Shown: positions 1-12,722 of the stretch, piece by piece
Layout: each line of letters starts with the position of its first letter
Numbering within the stretch: position 1 is the first letter of the stretch
Assembly (NCBI GenBank): GCA_951406725.2
Contig: OX597815.1
Coordinates: 167,214,001 to 167,278,000, forward strand
Length of the DNA: 64,000 nucleotides
DNA from: Octopus vulgaris
Lineage: Eukaryota
Reading direction: 5' to 3'
Notes under the pieces: model-generated
Database searches by the model: none
Told to the model about the DNA's origin: nothing
The model's input: the letters and a program-made list of their open reading frames with translations, nothing else
Program-made: the position numbers and the translations under genes

Positions 1-270
1 CGTTTGCACGCCGGGCAAAATTGTCAACGACATTTCGGCAACATTTACGTTCTGAGTTCATCGAGGTCGACTTTGTCTTTCATCCTTTCGGAGGAGAGGG
101 TTAGTCGATTGCAGCAACACTAGAGTTCAACTGGTACATATTTTATTGACCCCAAAAGGGTAAAAAGCAAAGTCGACCAGACGGCATTTGAACCCACTAC
201 GAAAAGACGAACGTAATACCACGGAGCATTTAGCCGGGCGTGCTAACGATTCTCTCTGCTCGCCACCTAA
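1..270. mobile_element. Two opposed, decayed copies of SINE family A (+ at 1-90, - at ~100-270)
   Basis: gtcgactttgtctttcatcctttcgg on + and a reverse-complement copy (aaggcaaagtcgac-like ... gccgggcgtgctaacg ... gctcgccacct); both match the intact copy at 58495-58725. Confidence 0.75.
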
Positions 271-279
271 CAGTGCAGA

Positions 280-500
280 AACGGCTGTGATAACAGGTTT
301 AGTTCTTAGTCTCATAGTTTCGGGTTCTATCCCATTGCGCGGCCCTCTCGTCAAGTATCCCAGGCTGACCAAAGCCTTGTAAGTGGAGACTCTCGATAGA
401 AACTGAGAGAAGCCCACTATATATGTGAGTGTATATCTATGTGCAAGCGCGATCGCGCATGTGTATATGTCTTTATACTTGTCATCACAACGGCTTGACA
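280..500 (+). mobile_element. SINE family C, 5' part, decayed
   Basis: ggctgtga...cgggttctatcccattgcgcggc...gaccaaagccttgtaagtgga...gaaactgagagaagccc...gcttgacaacc, homologous to 30990-31470. Confidence 0.7.
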
Positions 501-502
501 AC

Positions 503-921
503 CTATTTCTATACTACCCACAAGGGGTTAAACACAGAGAGGACAAACAAGGACAGACAAACAGATTAAGTCGATTATATCGACCCCACTGCGTAACTGG
601 TACTTATTTAATCGACCCCGAAAGGATGAAAGGCAAAGTAGACCTCGGCGGAATTTGAACTCAGAACGTAACCGCAAACGAAATACCTGCTTCTTTATTA
701 CCCACAAGGGGCTAAACATAGAGGGGACTAACACGGACAGACACACGGATTAAGTCGATTACATCGACCCCAGTGCGTAACTGGTACTTATTTAATCGAC
801 CCCGAAAGAATGAAAGGATAAGTCGACCTCGGCGGAATTTGAACTCAGAACATAACCGCAGACGAAATACCGCTAAGCATTTCGCCCGGTGTGCTAACGT
901 TTCTGCCAGCTCGCCGCCTAA
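503..921 (-). mobile_element. SINE family A, head plus duplicated body (184-bp internal tandem)
   Basis: Reverse complement of aggcggcgagctggcagaaacgttagcac...gtcgac...tttcat(c/t)ctttcggggtcgattaaataagtaccagt; the body is repeated with period 184. Confidence 0.9.
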
Positions 922-1864
922 AACGGCTTGGCAACCAGTGTTGTTGTTTTTTTTAAGTCTCTGTAACATAGTAGTTCAGCAAAAAGAGGCTGAAAATAAA
1001 TTCTGAGGTCGATTTGTTGACTAAACGCTTCAAGGCGGCGCCCCATCATAGTCACAGTTCAGTGACTAAACCATGTAAAAGTAAAAGATAAAAGATTTCA
1101 AAACGATTAAGATTCTCTTCATTTCTTTTTGTCTTCCTATTCTCATTGGTAAAAATACAATAGAAATTTGTATCAAATAAACAACTTTACCAGGAAACTG
1201 ACTCAATATCGTTTTCTCTGAAGGGGATTTAATATCTCCAACAAAACTGATATCGTTGTAACTTACATAGTTGTATAATAAATAACTAGAACTAACACAT
1301 CTTATTTCACACAAAGCATACGTATATCGTTTAGACTCTTTTAGATAAAATGTCGCCTTTTTCCTGTATCGCATTAAATTTATAGACTTCATATTTTATG
1401 GGTCTTTAAAATAGGTTACCTGATCCTCTCATGTTGTATTAGTTTCATTTAAAACGAGCCCTACCATAATTTTGGATAGATCCTTCTTATTCATTTCAAT
1501 ACTTGGTATGTAAATCTTCTTGATATTTTTCTATTGTTTGTGAACTCCACACTCCTTTAATTTATTAGTTGTATTATATATATATATATATTTATATATT
1601 TATTTACTGTTATCGTTTCAGAAAATTTCTAGGTATCTAGACCCGGTATATTGAGTTCATTTCGTCGACATACCTACATTTAACCTACGTAAATCTGTCT
1701 TCAATTTCAAAATATATCCATGCAATCAGTAACCCAGCGAAGAAAAAGAAAAATAAGAGAATTCAGGCCACAAAGGTATTTATCTGGTTTCAATCTTATA
1801 TGCAGACATCATCTATTCTAGACTGTACAAAAGGTAGGGAAAGGAATCTACTGCTGCTACTGAT

Positions 1865-1882
1865 ACCACCACCACCACCATC

Positions 1883-1957
<75 letters not shown>

Positions 1958-1962
1958 GCTAC
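1865..1962 (+). repeat. (CCA)n/(CTA)n microsatellite
   Basis: Direct reading. Confidence 0.95.
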
Positions 1963-2588
1963 CACAGGCTGTAATGATGTAATGATTGCGTTGTTCAATT
2001 AAATGGTTTCCCTTGAAACGGTCGTACTACATTACTACTTGAAATCCTGTTGCTTATTTTGATTTAATATATATGATATTAAGGGGAAAATATAACAAAA
2101 ACCAAGGCAGGAGGAGTTTGTGAAATCGTATAAAATAATTTTAATTAGGGTAAATTTGAAGTAATTTCTGGGCTATCCCAAGTGATAGGCTAGCATGTCC
2201 GTACACTGCCTATACCGTCATCAGAGACAAGATTAGTATGTATGAAAGATCTAGACAGGAAAAGTTCTAGACAGTTTATAAGAAATAAAACAGAAGAATA
2301 AAGAGTAAAGTAAATAGAAGAATACAGACAGGAGAATGAAGTTCACAGCTCATCTTTAACCAGGATGAATGAAGGTTAGTCCAGTACTTCGGTGAAGGTA
2401 TAGGTCCTTCGGTATAATTCCAGGTAAATCCAGGCAGTATTGTGGTAGCATTTTGAATAATACGTTCATGTTGAAGTGCTTAGCTGGTATGTAAATGGTC
2501 TACATTGGTATAAAGATTGAGAAAGACAGACACATACATACATACATACATACATACATACATACATACATACGTACATACATATATG

Positions 2589-2619
<31 letters not shown>

Positions 2620-2620
<1 letters not shown>

Positions 2621-2922
2621 AGTTCAGCAAAATTTAGATTCAAATGAATATGGTACTTAAATTAGATGCACCAGAATTTTGTATGGTGTTATCCATATAA
2701 ATCTATGGGGTGATAATAATCAAAATAAGCAACAAGAATAACCTCGGTAATTTGGTACGATCGTTTCACGCTACATCATTTTATTAAATGTTGTAAGTAT
2801 TACAACTGTTGTAATAAAACTGTATAAAACTGTTGTAATACTTACAACATTTAATAAAATGATGTAGCGTGAAACGATCGTACCAAATTACTGAAGTTAT
2901 TCTTGTTGCTTATTTTGATTAT
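2620..2922. mobile_element. Penelope pLTR-like fragment with 91-bp fold-back inversion (arms 2716-2806 / 2832-2922)
   Basis: Arms are reverse complements with 2 mismatches; each carries the HHR 3' half GAAA-CGATCG-TA; flanked by (TA)n on both sides. Confidence 0.75.
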
Positions 2923-2983
2923 ATATATATATATATATAAATTATAAATATTGCAATACAATAGTATTATTTTCCAGCTAAAT

Positions 2984-3474
2984 AAAGCACCGTAAAGGTA
3001 GAATTTTAATAGGAGAATGTGGCACATCAAAGCACTAATGTTTTCTAAAAATAGCAGTCGATAACCGTACCACGCTATGTAAAGCTTCACTGAATTTATA
3101 CTGGCAAAGATATATGCGAGCAGCGAATATAAAGATTTTCGTTTTACCTCTAGGAAGAACACCGTATAAATGGACAATCTACAATGGATAATCCAGTACT
3201 GCAATTTCGAACTTTCCTAATACGCCTGTTACCGTGAATTCGGTTAGTCCTCGTCAGCTAGATTCACCGAATGACGAAATTTTAAAATATTCGTTACATC
3301 AATGCCAGTATATTCGGTTGAACGCCTAACCGCAAACAGAACCAAAATCAGTGAAAAAAATTTATATAAAAATTATAAATACTATAAATATTAAAAAGCA
3401 TCGTAAGGATAGAATTTAAAGGGGAAAATGCGACATAACAAGGAACCAATGTTTGCTGGAAATAGCAGTCGATA
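2984..3474 (-). mobile_element. HHR-bearing unit with diverged ~80-bp terminal direct repeats (period 411)
   Basis: aaagcaccgtaaaggtagaat...aaatagcagtcgata at 2984-3063 recurs as aaagcatcgtaaggatagaat...aaatagcagtcgata at 3395-3474; an HHR lies between them. Confidence 0.7.
3190..3264 (-). ncRNA. Type I hammerhead ribozyme
   Basis: Minus strand: aatctag-CTGACGA-ggact..agttc-GAAA-ttgcag-TA-ctggatt; 7-bp stem I (1 G.U), 5-bp base of stem II, GUA triplet. Confidence 0.8.
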
Positions 3475-4047
3475 TCTGGAAAATATTACTATGGTAAAGT
3501 GATCACAGAGCAACATGAAATGAAGTGTTTTGCTCAAGAACACAACGCATCGCCCAGAGGTGGGAATCGTAATCATGATCTCGTGATCATGAGAGCAACG
3601 TCTTAACCACTAGGGCAAGCTTTCTTACATACATACATACATACATACATACAAGCACATTTATCTTTCGTGGTTCATATGAATTATTTCAGGACAATAG
3701 TAGATATATTTTATTTTTGTTGCTTTATTAGTCCTTTTTTTTTGTTTTGTATTTTATATTTGCAATTTGTCTTCGCAGACACTTTCTTCAAATTTTTTGA
3801 CATTTATTGTCAATTTATGGAAATATAAATATTACTTTAATTCGCTCCCTCTCCAGGTGGTTTGTATTTACATTGCTATCTATATAAGTTTGTTTCATAA
3901 CCAGACGCTTCTAAGTTCAGTCTCACAGCGTAGCATCTTGGACGAGTGTCCTCTACTTTGTCTCCTGGTCAACCAAAGCCTTATAAGTGGATTTGTTTAA
4001 TGGAACCTGAAAGTATCCCGTCGGATACATATGTGTGTGTGCGTGTG

Positions 4048-4088
<41 letters not shown>

Positions 4089-4106
4089 GCACACGCACAC
4101 AAACAT

Positions 4107-4138
<32 letters not shown>

Positions 4139-4144
4139 GCATCT

Positions 4145-4360
4145 TATATCTTTTACTTGTTTTAATCTTTATACTGCAGCCATGCTGAAGCACGGCCTTG
4201 AAGAATTTTTCGTCGAATGTATCGCCCCAGTACATATTTCTTCTTAAAACTTGGTACTAATTATATTGGTCTCTTTGCCAGACCCTAGTTAATGGGGACG
4301 TAAGCACACCAGCACAGGTTGTCAAGCGCTGGTGGCGGACAAACATATACACAAAGGTAT
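4145..4360 (-). mobile_element. SINE family C, 3' half
   Basis: cttttacttgttt...ctgcagccatgctgaagcacggcctt...ggggacgtaagcacaccagcacaggttgtcaagcg. Confidence 0.8.
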
Positions 4361-4409
4361 ACACAAAGACACACACACACTCATATATGTATAAATATAT
4401 ATTTGCATT

Positions 4410-4646
4410 GGGACCCCTTTCATCGAAGACCGGTGATTGTCGTGCGCTGATGACGGGTTAATATTCAGAAACTCGGGTCCGTGCGTATCACGTAGGTTGA
4501 CGATGGGAAGGATGGCTTCCATTTGCAAATACCGATAGGGCACAGAAAGTGTGTCAATAGCCAGCTGGAGAAGATGTTCTCCTGGGGCTACAAGCTACAG
4601 TAGCATCCACCCTTAGTGGTTAGCCATATTTAGATGGCAAATATAC
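4410..4646 (+). mobile_element. HHR-bearing pLTR-like element (same family as 8490-8781)
   Basis: Shares gatagggcacagaaagtgtgtc..agccagctggag..cctggggctaca..ctacagtagcatccacccttag..ttagccatatt..atggcaaatatac with 8490-8781. Confidence 0.75.
4441..4485 (+). ncRNA. Minimal type I hammerhead (variant stem II base)
   Basis: cgtgcg-CTGATGA-cgggttaatattca-GAAA-ctcggg-TC-cgtgcg; the sister copy near 8660 has palindromic ctcgag in stem III. Confidence 0.65.
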
Positions 4647-4649
4647 TTT

Positions 4650-4683
<34 letters not shown>

Positions 4684-5372
4684 CATTATATATATATATA
4701 TGTATATGCACCTTACTTTTCCTCTAAGTCAAGCGCAACAAAAAACTACTCCATTCAGTGAGAGAAAGATATTATTTAATGTATTCAGTATAATGTTACG
4801 AGGTACTCATAGTTTCATACATTGGAGATGTAGACTAAGCATGTTTTAATAACAAGTCTTTTGTCTCCAAGCAAACTCCATGCGCACATGGACAATGCAA
4901 TTTACGAAACAGGACCCTAGAACAAGAGAAATTATGAGGAAAAAAATAAGAAGATGGATGAAAAAGTGGAAGGATGAAAAAAGGGAAGAAAGGAAAAAAG
5001 AAGAGAGAAAAGTAAAATGAAAATTAGAAAACTAATTTTCTTTTTTCATCTTCTTTCTCTTTCCGTTTGTTTTTTTTTTTGGGGGGGGGGGTTGTCGCCA
5101 TTCCACTTTTTGCAGCCACCATCTTTTATTTTACTCGTAGTTTCTGTTGTTTGGCAATTTTTGTGGTTTATGGAAAGGCTATTCAGTTCGTAGTCAGTTC
5201 GGTTTAGTTAGGCGATGTTCAGAAGCCAAAAACAGGGCGAAACATTGATATCAATCGCTCATGGATGGGATTTGGGGCGGATTGTCTTACCTGTCTATGG
5301 CTTTTAGGTGTTTTAACAACCGGCGAACAAGCAAAGCTCGTACATTGAGTATGCGCTTCTAATAATTCATAT

Positions 5373-5407
<35 letters not shown>

Positions 5408-5423
5408 AACACACTTACACATA

Positions 5424-5805
5424 TGGAAGCACTCCGTCGATTACGACGACGAGGGTTCCGGTTGATCCGAATCAACGGAACAGCCTGCTCGTGAAATTAA
5501 CGTGTAAGTGGCTGAGCACTCCACAGACACGTGTACCCTTAACGTAGTTCTCGGGGTTATTCAGCGTGACACAGAGAGTGACAAGGCCGGCTCTTTGAAA
5601 TACAAGGTACAACAGAAACAGGAAGTAAGAGTGAGAGAAAGTTGTGGTGAAAGAGTACAGCAGGGATCACCACCATCCCCTGCCGGAGCATCGTGGAGCT
5701 TTAGGTGTTTTCGCTCAATAAACACTCACAACGCCCGGTCTGGGAATCGAAACCGCGATCCTATGACCGCGAGTCCGCTGCCCTAACCACTGGGCCATTG
5801 CGCCT
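5424..5805 (-). mobile_element. tRNA-headed SINE (family B head + D-type tail)
   Basis: Minus strand begins gaggcgcaatggcccagtggttagggcagcggactcgcgg...ggtttcgattccc (A and B boxes); tail shared with 11447-11745. Confidence 0.9.
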
Positions 5806-5839
5806 CACACATACACATATATATTCATATATACATATA

Positions 5840-6005
5840 TCTTCTTGAGCAAAACACTTCATTTTCACGTTGCTCCAGTCCACTCAGCTGGCAAAAATGA
5901 GTAACGCTGCGATGGACTGGCGTCCCGTCCAGCTGGAGAACATATACACCATAGAAACCAGGAAACCGGGCCCATGAGCCTGGTTAGGCTTTAAAAGAGC
6001 GCATT
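5840..6005 (+). mobile_element. SINE 3' half (ttgagcaa..cact core + gaaaccgggcccatgagcc tail)
   Basis: cttgagcaaaacactt...gctccagtccactcagctggcaaaaatgagta...gactggcgtcccgtccag...gaaaccgggcccatgagcc. Confidence 0.75.
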
Positions 6006-6017
6006 TATTTATTTATT

Positions 6018-6055
<38 letters not shown>

Positions 6056-6369
6056 GCACAGATACATACCTATATACATACATACATACATACATACATA
6101 CATACATACATACATACATACATACATACATGTGACTGATATATACGTATCTCCCTCTAATTACCTGATCAAGAAGTATCAGGACTCTTACTATGAAAAT
6201 GGAGCTAAAATACGCAGAGTGAAACCGCTTAGCAAAGATTGACCTTGAATGCTGTTGCGTATGCACATTAAGTTATAACACTCTTGCTCTCTTTCGTTCT
6301 TAATGACAGTGCTTAGAAATAAAGTGTAGAGAGTGTGGTCGTCTCAAAAAGACAGTCAGATGCGCATGA

Positions 6370-6712
6370 TCAATTCGATTGTGTCGAGGAAGAAGAAAGC
6401 TGTTTGAAAACTGTAATAACACTGACGAATCGTAGGTTATAGGTAATGACCAGGAAACCAACGCTCAGTCTTCGCTGTGAAAGGCCCCCAACAACGTTTC
6501 AAGACGTCGAAGAAATTCAAGAGAATGTGACTAGACAGTTGCTAACTATCCCCAAAACGGAGTTCTGGGAGTGCTTCCATGGTTGGAAACCATGCTGAAT
6601 AAAGTGTGTAGCCTTAGAGTGGACTACCTCGAAGGAGATTAAATATTGAATTGATATGCGCTGTAGTTTTCATTTCATAGCATCAGTCGCAATACTAATT
6701 TGATCAGACTGT
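6370..6712 (+). pseudogene. Mariner (DD34D-type) transposase relic, internally deleted
   Basis: Frameshifted LKTVIT-DES*V..NDQETNAQSS (the ITGDESWV..YDPETK motif) joined to QRFQDVEEIQENVTRQLLTIPKTEFWECFHGW..C*IKCV...DYLEGD*. Confidence 0.8.
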
Positions 6713-6774
6713 GTGCGCGCGCGCGTGTGTGTGTGAGTGTGTGTGGTTGTGTGTCAATGTGTGTGTATGTAGGT

Positions 6775-6816
<42 letters not shown>

Positions 6817-7082
6817 ATAATATCTAACACACTGACCGGTTCGATCTACTCATTTATTATTTATATTTTTTCTTGTAAAATCTTTATTCAACGACTATTG
6901 AAAAGGTTGCAAGTCGTAATGAAAATTTTAGTAAAAAATAACAAGTAAATGAGTGGAAATCAGACAGGGGAGTGTGTTAAATTAATAAGGAACTAAAAGA
7001 GAATGACTCTCCCCAGACACAATAAAATATGCTTCAACACACGGATTCGCATAAAGAATCTTGCAAACCACATATATGTATA

Positions 7083-7099
7083 TATATTTGGATGTATAT

Positions 7100-7180
<81 letters not shown>

Positions 7181-7232
7181 CGGGAAGCTTTATGAAAATA
7201 GACAAAAGACGAAGGCAGGTGGAAAACAAACG

Positions 7233-7320
<88 letters not shown>
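7083..7320. repeat. (TA)n array interrupted by a 59-bp pLTR tail fragment (7180-7238)
   Basis: The insert acgggaagctttatgaaaatagacaaaagacgaaggcaggtggaaaacaaacg is a reverse-complement homologue of 57545-57598. Confidence 0.75.
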
Positions 7321-7324
<4 letters not shown>

Positions 7325-7946
7325 ATGTGTATATGTATGTATGTGCTTGTTTTTTGAGTATACTCGCTTGTATTAATGTACTGATATGTATTCATACATT
7401 CATTCATTAATCTTGACGACTCGCTCCGTTGCTACAGGGACACACATATCCACACGTGCGTGTGTCCATTTGTCTGACAATACGTGTCTGTGCGTGCGTG
7501 TGTCTTTGCACGTATGTGTGTTTGAGTATGTACGAGTATGCGTGTCTTTGTGAACATATGTACGTGTATAAATTGAAACCGGATGTCTGTGTGTGTGTTT
7601 ATGTGTGTAACCATGTGTGTATGTGAATTGTGTGTGTGTGTAAGTATGTATAAATGTATAGAAATTTGTTTTCTTGTACAATAAAAGATAAAAATGAGGT
7701 GATATTTAAGGGTCATCTCCATTTTACATCAACATTCATTGACCCGCGTAAAGTAACGTCCGCGCATGCACACATACACGTACGTACACCCGCTAACATG
7801 CATATGTATACGTACAGACTTCTATACGTACAGCTATCTATGTATTACTACGTATCTACGTACGCAGGCACCGTCACTATAATTAAGGAAACGAACGTGG
7901 CCAGGTGGAAGACAGTTCGTAAATAATAAATATATTTCGAAAACAT

Positions 7947-8060
<114 letters not shown>

Positions 8061-8455
8061 GTGTTCATACTTTCATTCATATACGTAAATTAATTCTGGT
8101 CAAATCAAATGCTTGTGTGAACACATATTCTCTCTCTGTCTCTCTCTTTCCCCCTATATTTCAGAAACTTTCTCTTTCTCTTCCCCTCACTCCCTTTCTC
8201 TGTTAATTTCCTCCGTCATGTCCCTATCTATTACAATTCATTGTCCAATGCACAAAGGGAGGTGGGTATCTCTGCAATGGGATACATGCTATGTGTCCTA
8301 ATTTTTCCTAATCTACACCATCTTCTCCCTCTCTCGCATTCTCAAGGGGCCATAACGACACACACATACACATACGCACACTGAAACTAACAACTTTTTT
8401 TCTTTTACACTTTCTCAGTTTTCTATAAATTCTATATTCAATATACGTACATTTT

Positions 8456-8489
<34 letters not shown>

Positions 8490-8491
<2 letters not shown>

Positions 8492-8781
8492 GTGACGTAT
8501 ATTTGCCATTTGAATATGGCTAACCCCTAAGGGTGGATGCTACTGTAGTTTGTAACCCCAGGAAGACACCTCCTCCAGCTGGTTATAGACACACTTTCTG
8601 TGCCCTATCAGTATTTGTGAAGGGAAGTCATCCTTCCCGTCTTCAACTTATGATATACACGGACTCGAGTTTCAAAGTGTGTCTATAGCCAGCTGGAGGA
8701 GGTGTCTTCCTGGGGCTACAAACTACAGTAGCATCCACCCTTAGGGGTTAGCCATATTCAAATGGCAAATATACGTCACGA
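8490..8781. mobile_element. pLTR-like element with 108-bp fold-back inversion (arms 8490-8597 / 8674-8781)
   Basis: Arms are near-perfect reverse complements; on the minus strand the 76-bp spacer begins with GAAA-ctcgag-TC-cgtg (HHR 3' half). Confidence 0.85.
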
Positions 8782-8859
8782 TGTGTTGCCGCTACTGTTT
8801 ATAACTCGCTCTGAGATTTATCATTATATATATATATATATATATATTACTACACACAC

Positions 8860-9050
8860 ACACACAAGTGTGTCGTTGACGATTTCTTCTTTTCCTTCTT
8901 TGGGCTTTTCCCCTCCTACTTTCCAACAAAGAGTTATGTTCGAAACGTCAAACTCGCTCATTTCACCGAGCGTCAAGCCAATATATTCTTGTGCAGCCCT
9001 CACTTACATTGTCTTCTTTTTTCCGTTTTTTACTCGTTTATTTGAGTTGA
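8860..9050 (+). mobile_element. Decayed pLTR-like element with mutated minimal HHR (8920-8952)
   Basis: ttt-CCAACAA-agagttatgttc-GAAA-cg-TC-aaa; homologous to 17693-17727, where the core reads CCGACGA. Confidence 0.6.
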
Positions 9051-9119
9051 CCATATGTATGTGTGTGTATGTATGTATGTATGTATGTATGTATGTATGT
9101 ATGTATGTATGTATGTATA

Positions 9120-9396
9120 TATTATATAAAATCTGTTCTGTCTGTCTGTCTGTCTGTCTTTCAGGATCTCGGGCATCCTCCATCCGATTGTGCTCAAATT
9201 TGATATGTAGATACCGGCGGTATCAGGGCGTGTATAAATTTTGAAAAAATTACAAATATCGATTCGAGTTGAGAATGCGATCGATAAAGCCGTGAGAAAG
9301 TGCATTTGTACGTGCAAGTACATCAGCTGTTGCGATCGATACTACGCGTACGCGCGAAAAATGCACAGTGTCTCAAATTTAGGTTAAATCAGTGTG
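9120..9396 (+). mobile_element. Non-autonomous Helitron-like element, 5' part
   Basis: tatataaaatctgtt(ctgt)n...ccgattgtgctcaaatttg layout typical of short Helitron-derived elements; second copy at 50905-51328 (-). Confidence 0.6.
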
Positions 9397-9616
9397 AAAT
9401 CTTGGTAGGGAAGAAGAAGAAGAAACAGAAGAAGGAGGAGAAGGGGAGGAAGAATAATAATTTTGGGAGTGCCATGATAGTAGTATTTTGAATGGTCCGT
9501 GGATGGTATCTGTCCCTGTTCAATTCATGAAAATATTTCTTTAGAATATTTTGTTTATAGAATTTGTGTAGGTGTTATTCTAAGAAGCATTAGTGATAAA
9601 GTTCGGAAGGAGAATG

Positions 9617-9754
9617 GAGAAGAAGAAGAAGAAGAAGAAGAAGAAGAAGAAGAAGAAGAAGAAGAAGAAGAAGAAGAAGAAGAAGAAGAAGAAGGAGAAG
9701 AAGAAGAAGAAGAAGAAGAAGAAGAAGAAGAAGAAGAAGAAGAAGAAGAAGAAG
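9617..9754 (+). repeat. (GAA)n microsatellite
   Basis: Direct reading; source of the poly-E ORF. Confidence 0.95.
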
Positions 9755-10157
9755 ACCTAGATTATCGTAGCAGAGAGAAAAATTTCTTAAAAGTTCATCC
9801 GCCCTGCACACGTTCCTCTTTCTTTTGTAGGGCTCGTCATTAGCCCTGAATTTCAGAAAACTATCTTATGCATCCATCTGCAGCAAACTTATTTCTAATT
9901 CGTGTTATTATACGTGGATCAGGTTGAAACTCTCACTTAAACTATCTTTGCACTTCGTCTTATGTTTTTATGCATTCGGTTCAGCTCATTCATAAATGTC
10001 TGTTTCTTTAAAGCTGAGTCTAGCTCTCTCTCTCTTCATTATTTCACATGAGTTATATTTAAAAAAAGAAATGAAAATTAATTTATCAGCTGCAAAAATG
10101 TGCATACACCCCATATGTATATGTATATGTATGTATATGTATGTATGTATGCATATA

Positions 10158-10212
<55 letters not shown>

Positions 10213-10273
10213 GTATGTATATATGTATGTATATATTTATGTATATTTATGTATATTTATGTATATGTATCTA

Positions 10274-10961
10274 TAGTAGAAGAAATAGCTATAACTCTTT
10301 GACTGCTATTTCTAAATTCGGTCTGTGGTAAGGCAATTCGTTGCTAAACCCTTTATTGCTTAGTATTACTTAAATTTTCCTCGAATGAGGCTTTTACATG
10401 CCGAAGACTACTTGGTGTAATTGATAATTATTCCAAATTAATTAATTTCACCCTTCATTATTACGGATAACCATATTTTATCTCAGTAGATGACCATAGC
10501 ATCTTGTTTTGGCTACACGCGGGTGGGAAGGGGCTGGTGACACAATCCTTTCATTCACACTTTGAGTTTGGTGATACTAGTTGCGGATTCTAGCTCGCTC
10601 TGATACTGAGTTGAGTTGGTGCCTTCTAGTATCTCAAAATTCAATATATAATCACTTATGATTATAGTATTCTACGCTGAAGAGAAAAGAAGTTTGGGTA
10701 ACGTAGAATTATTTAATATTTAATTCTCATGCTTTCCTAAAAACTTGATTTCGAAACGTGCGTCCGTAGATAACTTAAAATTGTATGATAGATTGCCGTC
10801 AATTCATTCTCTCTTACCTGTTTGTGTCTGCCTTCCAATTGCTGTGTTTTTTACTGAGATCTCCCTTTTTAGTAGAAGAAATAGCTATAACTCTTTGACT
10901 GCTATTTCTAAATTCGGTCTGTGGTAAGGCAATTCGTTGCTAAACCCTTTATTGCTTAGTA

Positions 10962-10962
<1 letters not shown>
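10274..10962 (+). mobile_element. Retrozyme/pLTR-like unit: 596-nt period, 93-bp identical terminal direct repeat, one HHR
   Basis: 10274-10366 = 10870-10962 (tagtagaagaaatagctataac...attgcttagtat); embedded in TA-rich microsatellite; non-coding. Confidence 0.85.
10671..10770 (+). ncRNA. Type I hammerhead ribozyme with extended stem II
   Basis: tctacg-CTGAAGA-gaaaagaagttt..aaacttgatttc-GAAA-cgtgcg-TC-cgtaga; perfect 6-bp stem I, G-C closing pair of stem II, GUC site, predicted cut after 10764. Confidence 0.85.
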
Positions 10963-11007
<45 letters not shown>

Positions 11008-11368
11008 TACATATACATATATATATGTAGATAGATAGATAGATATACAAACATATATACGTATATATACTTATGTGTATCTATATGTATGTATGTATAT
11101 ATATATATATATAAATGTATATAAATGTATACGCACACATTCGCACGCGCATGTATATTCCAGCCCTTGTGGATATACATCAACTATTTCCCATTCTCAC
11201 TTCTACCACACTTATATAAATACCACTACAAGAACTCACTTCCTATCACTGACCCAAAAGGACGTTCTTTTCGTCTACTACTTACATGTTTGTCTGAAAT
11301 CTCTTGTTCCCCCTCTATCTTTCTCTCTGTCTCTTTTTTATAGTTATATATATACACACACACACAAA

Positions 11369-11446
<78 letters not shown>

Positions 11447-11745
11447 GGGCGCCTGGCTTAGTGGTTGGGGCATTCGGCTTGTGAGTTCGATTCCCGGCGA
11501 CGCGTTGTGTCCTTGTGTAAGACACTTTATTTCAAAATAAGCTGGCAATAATAAGTAGTGCCTGTATTTCAAAAAGAGGGCCAGCCTTGTCACACTCTGT
11601 GTCACGCTAAATCTCCTTACGAACTACGTTAAGGGTACACGTGTCTGTGGAATGCACAGCTACTTGCACGTTAATTTCACGAGCAAGCTGTTCCGTTGAT
11701 CGTATCAGCTGGGACCCGCGTCGTCATAACCGACGAAGTGTGCTC
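11447..11745 (+). mobile_element. tRNA-headed SINE family D
   Basis: gagggcgcctggcttagtgg...gagttcgattccc...ttgtgtccttg..aagacact...aagggtacacgtgtctgtgg...ccgacgaagtg. Confidence 0.85.
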
Positions 11746-12047
11746 CTATATATATAGGAGCAAGATACCAGCAAGAAAGAATAATGAACTTCTTTACTAC
11801 ACGCAACTATAATATAGCGATTATACCAACTACCGACAAAACACCACCACATGGATTCTATTGAGACCCGTAAGAAACAACTATGAACTTTTCTATTGCA
11901 CTTTTTATAATATTTTTGATAAGGTTCGTTTTTTCAAGAACCGAAACATGTAAAATTCATAAGAAAATTAAAATTTATCTAATATAGTGGCGTTTTCAAA
12001 CTTCTTTTTTACAAATATATACCCACTCGTATACGATCAACTCTTAT

Positions 12048-12092
<45 letters not shown>

Positions 12093-12489
12093 GTACATAC
12101 GAACGCTCACGCAAATATGTGTGCGTGTATTTCTGTGTGTGCATCATTCACTATCTCAAACTCATAGACACCTGTTGCACAATTCTTACATACACAGTGA
12201 TCTAAATATATATATATACACACACACGCGTAAACCTGAGGTCATTGGTCCAACACTTACACTCAAATAGACACCAAGACGCCGGCACCAACTTCCATGC
12301 TCGCACCCAGAAATTCGTATATAAATCTATTTACTGTCGCTTGATACGTCAGTTACTTAATCATTCTATCCTATTTTCTTTCTTTTTCCTACACCCACAC
12401 CCACCCACACACACACACACGCAAATACTCACGCACACACACGTATTCACACATTTGCACGCATGCATACGTATATACATATATTCATA

Positions 12490-12722
12490 CCTCTATACCT
12501 ATTTCTTTACTACCCACAACGGGCTAAACACAGGGGGGACAAACAAGGACAGATAAACGGATTAAGTCGATTATATCGACTCCAGTGCGTAACTGGTACA
12601 TATTTAATCGACCCCGAAAGGATGAAAAGCAAGGTCGACCTCGGTGCAATTTGAACGTAGCGGCAGACGAAATATCGCTAAGCATTTCGCCCGGCGTGCT
12701 AACGTTTCTGCTAGCTCGCTGT
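12490..12722 (-). mobile_element. SINE family A
   Basis: Reverse-complement match to 58495-58725. Confidence 0.9.

Noticed and set aside
5770-5805. tRNA-like A/B boxes at SINE heads
   Set aside because: They continue into SINE bodies and lack a full cloverleaf, so they are not tRNA genes
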